A stretch of 49,934 nt of DNA from the NCBI GenBank assembly GCA_018657475.1, contig JABHXC010000022.1, positions 1-49,934 of the forward strand, given 5' to 3'. Source of the stretch: Candidatus Woesearchaeota archaeon. GTDB lineage: Archaea > Nanobdellota > Nanobdellia > Woesearchaeales > GW2011-AR9. Every line of letters begins with the position of its first letter. Position 1 is the stretch's first letter. Both the position numbers and the translations under genes were made by a program. This document shows, piece by piece, positions 1 to 8,761 of this stretch. Below the pieces are notes generated by a model, which saw only the letters and a list, made by a program, of their open reading frames with translations, had not been told where the DNA came from and did not search any database.

Positions 1-710
1 ACATCCATAAGCATATCTTTATTTGGATCTGTTAGGCCTAAAAGAATCATTTCTGGTTCAACATGTGAGCGTTCATAAACTCCTAACATATTTATAATAT
101 CTATCATATCTTTATTTCTTGGTAAATTGTCACCGGTAATGATCCCTAATTTCATTCTCATGAGCCCACCTAGTCTGTAAGCCGGGATTTTTACTCCATA
201 CACAGAAACATTTTGTGTTGCTTCAAAATCTTCTTTTTGTAACTCGTGGTTTGCGACTCTAATTATGTCATGAAATCTATCTGGATAGTATAAATCTATT
301 TCTGCAAGTGATTCTCTTCCTAAAACTTCGTCAATTCCCCTATCATGAATTTTCATTCTTTTTTTATCAGGTAGTGAAAGTGATTGATGTGATTCTGATC
401 CTAAGCGATTTTCTAGAAATTTTGTTGCAGATGGTGATGCACATGCTACATCAAGATCGTGTGAACCTCTCCAATAAGGAACAATTTCTGGTCCTTCAGT
501 GTAGATCATATGTGCAAGAACTCCAAACCCACCTAAAACTAATAATTGATCTTTTGAATAAAAAGGGTCTTGTTCAAATTCATCAGCTAAACCTAAAAGG
601 TGCAGAAAAACGTCTCCATATCTTGGGTCTTTTTCTAGAACTTTCTGAATATATTCCTCAAATTTTTTACCTTTTTCAAGATTTTTAAGTCTAACATCAT
701 CGAATGCCAT
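1..710 (-). CDS. hypothetical protein, truncated by the window edge; possible nucleotidyltransferase fold (AbiEii-like GG..G ... S-H-D-L-D motif)
   Basis: Absent from the ORF track because it is open at position 1. Hand translation of the minus strand from ATG 710-708 gives MAFDDVRLKNLEKGKKFEEYIQKVLEKDPRYGDVF...LVLGGFGVLAHMIY...WRGSHDLDVACASP... with no stop before the window edge. The + ORF 308..688 is its antisense shadow. Confidence 0.6.
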   Translation of the reverse strand, partial: MAFDDVRLKNLEKGKKFEEYIQKVLEKDPRYGDVFLHLLGLADEFEQDPFYSKDQLLVLGGFGVLAHMIYTEGPEIVPYWRGSHDLDVACASPSATKFLENRLGSESHQSLSLPDKKRMKIHDRGIDEVLGRESLAEIDLYYPDRFHDIIRVANHELQKEDFEATQNVSVYGVKIPAYRLGGLMRMKLGIITGDNLPRNKDMIDIINMLGVYERSHVEPEMILLGLTDPNKDMLMD

Positions 711-923
711 ATCTAATTTACTTTACTTCTATTTATAAATCTTTCCTTTTTGTAGTCACTTAAAAGTGGGAACTATTCGTCTTTTGAAGCATAGATAAAT
801 TTTTAAATGGTTCTAAAGTGTTAAATTAAGATAAATCTGCTTAATATTACCCTTTGATATATTTGGTAGTTTTATTAACTGGTGGGTAGCAACATTTATA
901 AATGGCGCTGATTTTTACAATAA

Positions 924-1538
924 ATGGCACAAGAACTTTTTGATATTGATTCTGTAGATTCACTTGTTCGTCAAGTTTGGGCACAGCGAAAAACTATTTC
1001 TTTAGATCAATTTGAAATGCCTACTTATGAAATTCCTGATAGTTATACCATAAAAGAATTTAATTTTAGTTCTGAGGATAATATATATCGTAAAGAAATA
1101 AAATGTGCGCTTGATGATATTGCAAATAAATCAATGGCCGCAGGATATCCAATAAGTGTTTTTACTGCACTTTATGAAGCTGTACTTAATGCTCATCAAC
1201 ACGGAAATAAAAAAGATTCTGCAAAGAAAGTTGTTATTGCTTATAAGATTGATAATGAAACTGTTGAAGTTGGAGTTATTGATGAAGTAGGGGAGTTAAC
1301 TCCAGAATTTTTTCCATTTGTTCAGAGACATCGTGAAGGTCTTGAGCCAGTACTAGATTTTTATAAATTTTCAGGTAGGGAAGCACAAGGTCCAAATTTA
1401 GGTACTGGGACTTCTTTTATGCATATGTATGCCGATAATGTTCAATATTTTAAATCTTCTGAAAGTGGCTTAGTTGCTCATTTGACATTTCAACGAGAAA
1501 AAGATTTATCTGGAAATCAATCTAAAAACATAAACTGA
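924..1538 (+). CDS. GHKL/HATPase-like protein (anti-sigma-factor-type Ser kinase-like ATP-binding domain)
   Basis: N-box-like ALYEAVLNAHQHGN and G-box-like GPNLGTGTSFMH. TTTATAAA box at 895-902 lies exactly 22 nt before the ATG. Confidence 0.5.
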   Translation: MAQELFDIDSVDSLVRQVWAQRKTISLDQFEMPTYEIPDSYTIKEFNFSSEDNIYRKEIKCALDDIANKSMAAGYPISVFTALYEAVLNAHQHGNKKDSAKKVVIAYKIDNETVEVGVIDEVGELTPEFFPFVQRHREGLEPVLDFYKFSGREAQGPNLGTGTSFMHMYADNVQYFKSSESGLVAHLTFQREKDLSGNQSKNIN

Positions 1539-2611
1539 TAGTCATATGCAGAAGAAGATCCAAAGGATTCTATTTCTAGTTGTTCAACATTTCCTCTATC
1601 AATTGAATATAAACTAACATCATTGACTTTAGAATTATCACCATAAGTTGCAATCATTACTTTACCATCTTCTGCATCTATAGCTATTCCCTTTTCCGTA
1701 TTGTCTAACTCTACTTCTGCCATTGCAGTAGATTCCCCTTCTAAAGGAAATCTATGGATTTGGAATATTTTATTACTCATTTTAACTACTCTATACAACG
1801 CATCATCTCCAGCTACAGTGGTAGTAAACTCTGTTCTTGGAATCCCACTAATTATAGTTTTCTTAACATTACCATTATTATCATGTGATCTTACTGAATA
1901 AGTATCGGTTTCTATATCATATGCTAAAGTAACTAAAATATCTCCCACTCCATATAATACTCCTTTATTACTTTTATCTTCGTATGATAAAACTTCTTCT
2001 GCTATTCCACCATTAAGACTTTGGCGCATTAATTGCCCTCCGCCAGTTCTTTTACCATACAGATCTGTACCTATTTTTTTCCTATAATAAGCATAGTCCC
2101 CAACAATAACAACATTATTTGCTTGTACACTTGTATGAGTTATTGTTTCAGCAGTTTTAGGATTTAATTCATAAATTGATGTTACTGTACTTCTACTAGT
2201 GATTGAGAAAAGTTTTCCATTCATAGTAAATGGTTTAATTGAACTTTTTGAATAAGAAGTTGAACTTGTTGTACTCATAACATCAAATTTTTCTGCAACG
2301 GGAATGTACCTGATGACACCTTTACCTGTAGTTTCCCACCTGATATTTGTAGCATAGCCACCACCTTCATTATTTGTATATTGTACACTAACAGGAAGTC
2401 TATGGGCTTCATCACTTAACACAGTTCTATAGAAAAATGCTGGACTGCCTGGAGGGATAGATTCTTCTTTTACTTCTTTAACATTTGTTTCTTCTGTTTC
2501 TATAGTTGTTTCAGAAGTTTCTGTAGATTCAACATTTTCATTGTAATTAATTTGTTCAGAACAGCCAATGATAAGAATTGTGATTAATAATAGAAGTAAT
2601 ACTTTTTTCAT
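1517..2611 (-). CDS. secreted lipoprotein-like hypothetical protein
   Basis: N-terminus MKKVLLLLLITILIIGCSEQ is a signal peptide with a lipobox-like Cys, followed by an acidic Thr/Glu linker and a beta-rich body. Confidence 0.6.
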   Translation of the reverse strand: MKKVLLLLLITILIIGCSEQINYNENVESTETSETTIETEETNVKEVKEESIPPGSPAFFYRTVLSDEAHRLPVSVQYTNNEGGGYATNIRWETTGKGVIRYIPVAEKFDVMSTTSSTSYSKSSIKPFTMNGKLFSITSRSTVTSIYELNPKTAETITHTSVQANNVVIVGDYAYYRKKIGTDLYGKRTGGGQLMRQSLNGGIAEEVLSYEDKSNKGVLYGVGDILVTLAYDIETDTYSVRSHDNNGNVKKTIISGIPRTEFTTTVAGDDALYRVVKMSNKIFQIHRFPLEGESTAMAEVELDNTEKGIAIDAEDGKVMIATYGDNSKVNDVSLYSIDRGNVEQLEIESFGSSSAYDYQFMFLD

Positions 2612-2685
2612 ATGTTAAGTATAATATTTTTGTTTATAATGATTTCTTTTAGAATTGAAAATTATAGAAAAAAAGAAAAAAAGAA

Positions 2686-2940
2686 TTAACGTCTTTTTCG
2701 TGTAGCTTTTTTCTTAGCAGTTTTTTTAACTACAGGTGCTGGAGCACATGAAGCGTTACATCCTTTGCATTTATTTGGCATTACTAACATTAAGAATCCA
2801 CCAATTGTCATTAATACTGCGACCCAAGCAATCCAACCTGTTAAATCATTCCATCTTGGCCAAACAAAAGCATTTAACAAAAGTAATGCGCCAAGAATTA
2901 ATTTTGTTGAACCCATACATTTTTTACAATTTCCCATCAT
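2686..2940 (-). CDS. small membrane protein with CxxC pairs and a basic tail
   Basis: 84 aa with two hydrophobic helices, CKKC and CKGC motifs, and a KKTAKKKATRKRR tail. Confidence 0.5.
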   Translation of the reverse strand: MMGNCKKCMGSTKLILGALLLLNAFVWPRWNDLTGWIAWVAVLMTIGGFLMLVMPNKCKGCNASCAPAPVVKKTAKKKATRKRR

Positions 2941-2994
2941 ATTTACCTCAATTTTTATTAGAAAGAAATCTTTATGGTTTAAAAATGCTGTGGT

Positions 2995-3456
2995 TTATTC
3001 GTCATCACTGTCTTCACGGCGGATAACTTTTACAGCATCCATTTTAACAGTAATTGGAATTGGTACTGCCGCTTCTAACAATTCTACAACAATATCTTCT
3101 TTTTGTTTATTTAATCGCATAACTTTTGCGTTTTCTCTTTTGAAAGGACCAGAGATGATTTCAACAATATCTCCTTTTTGAATGTTCATTTCAACTTTTA
3201 CTTGTTGTAACATATGTTCAATTTCTGGATAAGGAATTTCTGTTGGAAGAATACCTCTTGCATAAGGAACACCTTGAACTGCCATTTCTGCATCACTTTT
3301 AGAAGCTACTTCGATAAAAATGTAACCTCTCATTCCATGTGGACGGATAACTGAATAAACTTGAACTTTTGTAGCACGTTCTAGCTTAGCTATTAGATAA
3401 TCAACTACTTGATCTTCTCTGTTCGCTGCTGTTCTTATACTGTATATTTGGCTCAT
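2995..3456 (-). CDS. spt5: transcription elongation factor Spt5 (archaeal NusG)
   Basis: NGN domain followed by KOW motif KGDIVEIISGPFKRENAKV. The start overlaps the secE stop, the conserved archaeal secE-nusG arrangement. Confidence 0.9.
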   Translation of the reverse strand: MSQIYSIRTAANREDQVVDYLIAKLERATKVQVYSVIRPHGMRGYIFIEVASKSDAEMAVQGVPYARGILPTEIPYPEIEHMLQQVKVEMNIQKGDIVEIISGPFKRENAKVMRLNKQKEDIVVELLEAAVPIPITVKMDAVKVIRREDSDDE

Positions 3457-3653
3457 TTTAGTAACACTTCTTGAACAATCAATTTAACCATAAAAATGGC
3501 AAAACCGATGATCCCTACAATTGCAATTCCCAAACCTGTAACCTTTACCAGATTTTTATACTCTTCCCTAGAAGGTTTCTTGAGAATACGCATAACTCTG
3601 ACTGTTTCTTTAAAAAACTTTTTGATTCGGCTACGTTTTTGTGGTTGTTCCAT
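3453..3653 (-). CDS. secE: protein translocase subunit SecE / Sec61-gamma
   Basis: 66 aa with a basic N-terminus and a single C-terminal TM helix (VTGLGIAIVGIIGFAIFMV), sited between ftsZ and spt5. Confidence 0.85.
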   Translation of the reverse strand: MEQPQKRSRIKKFFKETVRVMRILKKPSREEYKNLVKVTGLGIAIVGIIGFAIFMVKLIVQEVLLK

Positions 3654-3699
3654 GAATAAGCTTCAAAACCTGAAGTTGCTTTATAAAGGTTTTGCTTAC

Positions 3700-4842
3700 T
3701 TAATTAACAATGTCGATCCCAAGCTCGGATTCCATAGCTTGTTGTCTTTGAGTGAACAGTTGATGACCTTCTCCAAAGATTTGTTCAGAATTAACTCCTG
3801 TTACAATTAACATTGTTCTTATTGTTTTTTCAAGATCTTTATAGATTTGAGCTCCCCAAATAATCTTTGCTTTTGGATCAAGTCTTTCAGCGACTGCTTC
3901 AACAATTTGTCTAGAATCATCTAAAGTAAGTGAATCTCCTCCAGAAATGTTGATCAAAGCACCTGTAGCGTCAGAGATGTCAACGTCAATTAAAGGATTC
4001 TCTAATGCTTTTTGTACAGATTCAGAAGCTCTATGTTCAGAATCTGATTCTCCAACACCAATCATTGCCACGCCACCTTCACTCATAATAGCTTTAACGT
4101 CAGCAAAGTCTAAATTTACCAATCCTGCTTTTGTTACTAACTCAGCGACACCTTTAACAGCATTAGTTAAAATTTCATCTGCAACTTTAAATGCAGTCTG
4201 TAAAGGTAAATGTGGAGCTAACTCTAACAATTTTTCGTTAGGAATAACAATTAAGGTATTAACAGATTGTTCCATTCTTTCTAAGCCAGTAATTGCATTC
4301 TCAAACCGATGGGATCCTTCCATAGTAAACGGAATTGTAACAATACCCACACTAAGAATACCCATTTTTTTTGCCAAAGCTGCCATGAACGGTGCTGAAC
4401 CCGTTCCAGTTCCACCACCTAAACCTGCAGTAATAAAGATCATATCTGAACCAGTAATTAACTTTTTTAGTTCACCCTCATTTTCTTTAGCAGCTGCTTC
4501 ACCTACTTTTGGGTTTGAACCTGCACCCAAACCTTGAGTTAACTCTTTTCCAATAAGCAACTTTTTTTCAGCATTTGTGTATAACAAATCTTGTGCATCG
4601 GTATTAATTGCTATAGTTTCAATACCTTTAACTCCAACTTCAGAAATTCTATTAATTGTATTATTGCCTGCTCCACCACACCCTACAACTTTGATCCTGG
4701 TTTTTTGACTAGCAATTAATTGTTGTAATTCATCATCTAAATCTTGATTAGCTTTTTTATGAGAAATTTCTTGCGTTTGAATGGTAGGTTGACCATTCGG
4801 TTGTTGATATTCTCCTCTTTGTTCTTCGTACATAAATTTCAC
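3700..4842 (-). CDS. ftsZ: cell division GTPase FtsZ
   Basis: Tubulin signature GGGTGTGSAP, plus GCGGAGNNTINR. The ORF-track start is GTG at 4842. ATG at 4833, preceded by the SD-like GGGGTGA, is the more likely start. Confidence 0.95.
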   Translation of the reverse strand: MKFMYEEQRGEYQQPNGQPTIQTQEISHKKANQDLDDELQQLIASQKTRIKVVGCGGAGNNTINRISEVGVKGIETIAINTDAQDLLYTNAEKKLLIGKELTQGLGAGSNPKVGEAAAKENEGELKKLITGSDMIFITAGLGGGTGTGSAPFMAALAKKMGILSVGIVTIPFTMEGSHRFENAITGLERMEQSVNTLIVIPNEKLLELAPHLPLQTAFKVADEILTNAVKGVAELVTKAGLVNLDFADVKAIMSEGGVAMIGVGESDSEHRASESVQKALENPLIDVDISDATGALINISGGDSLTLDDSRQIVEAVAERLDPKAKIIWGAQIYKDLEKTIRTMLIVTGVNSEQIFGEGHQLFTQRQQAMESELGIDIVN

Positions 4843-4897
4843 CCCAAATACAGTTTATTTAGGGAAAGAATGGATATATAAATATTATGCCAGTGAA

Positions 4898-5563
4898 CTA
4901 GCTGGATTGTTTTGTAGGGAATTCTACTTCTTTTATTCCAGTAACTTCTTGCAACTTTTTTGTTAACACTTCAAGAACAGGAGCGGGAAGTGGCATTGGT
5001 AAACTTACTTTTGCTTTATCTTCTTTAACTTCAACTGTTATTTTATCTTCTGGAATACGTAATGTTCTATTAAGAAATTTACTGATTTGTTCATTTTTTT
5101 GAGTAATCTTTTTTTGGATAGTAAACTCGTACATTACTTCTTTACCTGCTAATGGGTGATTAAAATTAACAATAACTCTTCCTCCAGCAACTCGAGTAAT
5201 TGTGCCTATTTGACCATCAACATTAATTTGTAAACCTGGTTGAGGAGTCATTTTATGTTCTTTAAAAGCTCCCATAGGCATGATTCTCATATTTTTAACA
5301 TCTCTTTTACCAAAAGCTTGTTCTGGTGTTAAGGTTGCAGTATAAGTTTTACCTACCTCCTTATCAATAAACTCATTATCTAGTCCTGGTAATAATTGTT
5401 TTTCACCAACACAAACAGTTGCAGGATTATACGGATGTTTATCTGAAAATAGTCCATTATCTTTAGCTACTTTAGCAATAGTAGTATCAAAAACTGTACC
5501 ATCTTGTAACTTGCCAGTATATTCTACTACAATAAAATCGTGTGTTTTAACAGTTTCTGTCAT
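4898..5563 (-). CDS. FKBP-type peptidyl-prolyl cis-trans isomerase (SlyD-like, with IF insert)
   Basis: VEYTGKLQDGTVFDTT ... VNFNHPLAGKEVMYEF is the typical archaeal long FKBP pattern. Confidence 0.85.
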   Translation of the reverse strand: MTETVKTHDFIVVEYTGKLQDGTVFDTTIAKVAKDNGLFSDKHPYNPATVCVGEKQLLPGLDNEFIDKEVGKTYTATLTPEQAFGKRDVKNMRIMPMGAFKEHKMTPQPGLQINVDGQIGTITRVAGGRVIVNFNHPLAGKEVMYEFTIQKKITQKNEQISKFLNRTLRIPEDKITVEVKEDKAKVSLPMPLPAPVLEVLTKKLQEVTGIKEVEFPTKQSS

Positions 5564-5586
5564 AGTGTGAGAAGAAGATATATTCT

Positions 5587-6072
5587 TTATAAGTCTTTTT
5601 GTGAGGTAGTATGGTCTTTGGAGAGTTTTCCAATAATTTTTAGTTTTGTTAGACTTATTCCTAAACTTAATATCTCTTCTTTTGAGAGATTTGGCATGCT
5701 AGATGAATATCTATCTATAATTGCTTTTTTGAGACTTTCAACGTCTTTAATGTGTGAAAAAGAAAATTTAAAATCTTCTTTGGTTAAATCATTGTATGAT
5801 AAATTATTTTTTACTTCAACACAAACTCCCACATAAGAATTTTTAATATCAAGTTCAGGTAAAACTTGATCTTCTTTAGATTTAAAATAGCCTCTTTTTA
5901 GAATTTTAGTTAAAAGATAAGCAATTCCAACGTCATGACCGCTGGATTGTAAATTAAAATGATTTAAAAAAGTTGTATTTTTTTTAATGGAATTAAAATC
6001 TTCTGGTTGTAATCTGATAACATTAAGAATTTGACTTTTTAAATAAGTGTTTCTTTCAATTAAATTAACCAT
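5587..6072 (-). CDS. hypothetical protein, co-transcribed with cmk
   Basis: 161-aa ORF whose start overlaps the cmk stop by 8 nt. No motif recognised. Confidence 0.5.
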   Translation of the reverse strand: MVNLIERNTYLKSQILNVIRLQPEDFNSIKKNTTFLNHFNLQSSGHDVGIAYLLTKILKRGYFKSKEDQVLPELDIKNSYVGVCVEVKNNLSYNDLTKEDFKFSFSHIKDVESLKKAIIDRYSSSMPNLSKEEILSLGISLTKLKIIGKLSKDHTTSQKDL

Positions 6073-6631
6073 GTAAAAACTCTAAAATTTTTTCAGTTAC
6101 TTCTTTAGCAGAAATTGTTGTTGAATCAACTATAAAATCATAATTACTTTTTTTTCTATGGTCAATATTGTAATATTCCATATATCTTTCTGCATCTTCT
6201 GCGTCTCTTTTTTTAACACTATCTTGGACTTCTTTTAATGAATTAACTGAATCTTCATTTCTTTCTTGTTGTAATGCTTTATCTTGTAAATCTTTCCAAA
6301 CACGTTTTGCTCCTTCTTCTGGATTAACTGTGATGAAAATCTTTTTTGATTCAGGGAGAAAATGAAATTGTGTTCTTCCTTCAACAATAACTGTTTTTCT
6401 AGAATTTGTGAGTTCTCTAGCTTTTGCTGCAACTTTTAGATCTATTTTTTTATCAATTTCTGGATCTGATTTTGTTATTTCATTTAATTCCTTTAAAGTT
6501 ATATTTTTTTCTCTAGCCAGTTCTCTAAACATTCCGCCAGCATAGACTCTTTCTGCATTCAGCTTTTTTTGTAGTAGTTTAGCAACAGTACTTTTTCCAC
6601 TGCCAGGATTACCTGAGATAGTAATTATCAT
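6065..6631 (-). CDS. cmk: cytidylate (CMP) kinase, archaeal type
   Basis: P-loop ISGNPGSGKST. Size and layout match archaeal CMP kinases. Confidence 0.8.
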   Translation of the reverse strand: MIITISGNPGSGKSTVAKLLQKKLNAERVYAGGMFRELAREKNITLKELNEITKSDPEIDKKIDLKVAAKARELTNSRKTVIVEGRTQFHFLPESKKIFITVNPEEGAKRVWKDLQDKALQQERNEDSVNSLKEVQDSVKKRDAEDAERYMEYYNIDHRKKSNYDFIVDSTTISAKEVTEKILEFLHG

Positions 6632-6713
6632 ATCTGTAAATTGTGTGAACTATAACTTATAATAGTTTCTACTCTGGAAATACTTATATCTTTGTTTAAT
6701 ATTTAACCTATAA

Positions 6714-7325
6714 ATGGAAAAAAAGAAGGATGTTAAGTGGTTTCATTGGCAGTACCTCATTTTAGTGTTATTCTTGATTTTTTTAGTAGCATTTGTTGTT
6801 AAGCCAGGTATTGTAGGTTATACAGTTTATCAGAATGTTAAAGAAACAAATTATTCTTTAGAAACTTATGGGCAACAAGTTAATACTTTAGAAAGTTCTC
6901 TTGTTAGTTTAAAAGCAAACTTATTAGGACAGGAAAAGTTAGTTGATGTTTTACAAAAACAAGCTTCTGAAAACAAGGATGAACTAAAAATTTGTATGAA
7001 TGAGAGAGAAAAATATTTACTTAATTCACAGAAATTTAAGCAAGAAACAGATTTACTCAATGAACAACTTCTTAAAATTGAAAGTGATAAAATTTCTCAG
7101 GTTAAAGAAAAAGTTGAGGAAGAAACTGTCAAACTTAATGATAGGTTATCTATCTGTCAAAATAATTTAGACATTGTTGAAGACAATTTTGCTGGTTTTG
7201 TTAATAACATTGCAAGGAGTGTTTGTTGTAAAGAACTTGTAGATGATCCTACAATAAACTCTTTTGAAATTGTTAATGATAAGTTGGTTTGTGGTTCTGA
7301 TTTAGAAAGTTCTCTTACTTGTTAA
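6714..7325 (+). CDS. membrane-anchored coiled-coil protein
   Basis: N-terminal TM helix (WQYLILVLFLIFLVAFVV), a long heptad-like region and a Cys-containing C-terminus. Confidence 0.55.
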   Translation: MEKKKDVKWFHWQYLILVLFLIFLVAFVVKPGIVGYTVYQNVKETNYSLETYGQQVNTLESSLVSLKANLLGQEKLVDVLQKQASENKDELKICMNEREKYLLNSQKFKQETDLLNEQLLKIESDKISQVKEKVEEETVKLNDRLSICQNNLDIVEDNFAGFVNNIARSVCCKELVDDPTINSFEIVNDKLVCGSDLESSLTC

Positions 7326-8005
7326 CGTATTCTTTCATAGTCAGTATCTTTAACGTTACTAACTAAATTTTTGCCCCATTGTTTAATCCAAAATGTAGTG
7401 GCTTTTGTTAAACCCCATTTTTCAAATCTTCTCATTGAGGTAACAGCTTTTGTGTTTACACATTGGTACTTACCATGACTTAATAATTTGTTTGTTAGTT
7501 CTTTATGCTCTTTAACTATAATCTCTGGGTTATAACCGTTTACTAAATCAAAATCTTTTTTTCTACAAATTAAAACACCACTACAACCTTTATAGAAACC
7601 AGTAGAATTATAAAAATTCTTGAACCACATAGCGAACTTGTATTTATTCTTAGAAATGTCAGGTGTTACTTTAGTTGTTGCAACACTGAACTTTTTAGTA
7701 AACTGGTTGTGGATTGTTTGTAATGCATTTTTAGGCAGTAGTGTATCTGCGTCAAGAAAAACTAAAATGTCTCCTTTTGCTTTTCCAGCACCATAATTTC
7801 TTGCTCGGCTAACATGTGGTTTTACAGAATTGAAATGTTTTACCCAAGGTTGTTGTTTAACTAAATTTTCTGTTTTATCTGTACAGCCGTTTGTAACTAC
7901 AATAGTTTCATGGTCGGCAAATGATTGTTGTTTAATACTTAACAATGTGTCACTAATATATTGCTCTTCATTATGGGCAGGTATGATTAGCGAGAACGTT
8001 GGCAT
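7322..8005 (-). CDS. family 2 glycosyltransferase
   Basis: FSLIIPAHNEEQYI ... VFLDADT are the GT-A/GT2 motifs. Confidence 0.85.
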   Translation of the reverse strand: MPTFSLIIPAHNEEQYISDTLLSIKQQSFADHETIVVTNGCTDKTENLVKQQPWVKHFNSVKPHVSRARNYGAGKAKGDILVFLDADTLLPKNALQTIHNQFTKKFSVATTKVTPDISKNKYKFAMWFKNFYNSTGFYKGCSGVLICRKKDFDLVNGYNPEIIVKEHKELTNKLLSHGKYQCVNTKAVTSMRRFEKWGLTKATTFWIKQWGKNLVSNVKDTDYERIR

Positions 8006-8052
8006 GTTAACTCTATGAATGAAATGCTTTTAATTGATTGTTATACTGGAAA

Positions 8053-8319
8053 CTATAGTTTGTTCTTATAGATTTTCTTTCTATGACCTAATTCAATAAC
8101 GAAGATTATTAATTTATTATTGTCTATACTTAAAATGATTCTATAATCTCCTACTCTTAATCGAGAAAATGATTTTCCTATAAGATTTTTTACATAAGAA
8201 TGAGGTCTTATTTTAATTCTTTCTAAAACGCCAACAATTCTTTTTTGAATATCTTTTTCAAGCTTGCTTAGTTGTTTTTCAGATTTTTTAGAAAAAATAA
8301 TTTGATACAAAAATACCAC
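8053..8319 (-). CDS. RelE/ParE-family type II toxin
   Basis: 88 aa. SRLRVGDYRIILSIDNNKLIIFVIELGHRKKIY is the classic RelE/ParE C-terminal pattern. It directly abuts the upstream small ORF. Confidence 0.8.
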   Translation of the reverse strand: MVFLYQIIFSKKSEKQLSKLEKDIQKRIVGVLERIKIRPHSYVKNLIGKSFSRLRVGDYRIILSIDNNKLIIFVIELGHRKKIYKNKL

Positions 8320-8538
8320 TTATAACCCCAATCTTTTCTTAACTTCTTCAAGAGTGTAGAATTCGCCTCTTTCAATCTCTTTAATTGATTGTGAAATATC
8401 TTTTTTAGTTTGTTTACTTAATTCTTGTGTGTCTTCAATTAGATCCCAAATGACCTCTTCGTAGCTTTCACTATCTGTGAATTTTCTTTTCTTTAATTCT
8501 TGAACTAACTCTTGACTAACTTGGATTGTTGTCGCCAT
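8320..8538 (-). CDS. putative antitoxin partner of the RelE-like toxin
   Basis: 72-aa acidic helical protein whose stop is contiguous with the toxin start (8320/8319). Confidence 0.6.
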   Translation of the reverse strand: MATTIQVSQELVQELKKRKFTDSESYEEVIWDLIEDTQELSKQTKKDISQSIKEIERGEFYTLEEVKKRLGL

Positions 8539-8585
8539 AGTGGGCTATAGCAAGATATAGTATTTAAAACTTTTGTTAAAAAAAG

Positions 8586-8732
8586 CGGACCTGGGAGGAC
8601 TTTCAAAGATTCTCAGATTTATGAGCGGGAACGCAGTTGACCGCGAATCCCCCTACCAGATCTGGGAGATCTGTTTGAACCCCCGATCCCAACCTTAGGA
8701 GGGTTGTGCCCTATCCACTAGGCTACAGGTCC
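8586..8732 (-). tRNA. tRNA-Arg(CCU) with a 74-nt intron in the T-loop (59/60)
   Basis: Hand fold: GGACCTG TA GCCT AGTGGATA GGGC A CAACC CTCCTAA GGTTG GGATC GGGGG TTCAAA[intron]T CCTCC CAGGTCC G. The spliced product is a canonical 73-nt cloverleaf. Confidence 0.85.
8600..8673 (-). other. BHB intron of tRNA-Arg (position 59/60, 74 nt)
   Basis: Outer helix GGGGG/CCTCC, central 4-bp helix TTCA/TGAA, bulges AA|C and AG|T. Splicing restores the T-loop TTCAAAT. There is an internal hairpin CAGATCT-ccc-AGATCTG. Confidence 0.75.
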
Positions 8733-8761
8733 GTAGAAATGAAGTTTAGTCAATAACTTTT

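Noticed and set aside
308-688. 126-aa + strand ORF from the track
   Set aside because: It lies antisense inside the longer minus-strand ORF (1..710), which has a clean ATG and a plausible domain motif. Its low-complexity Leu/Phe/Ile-rich translation is typical of a shadow frame in AT-rich DNA.
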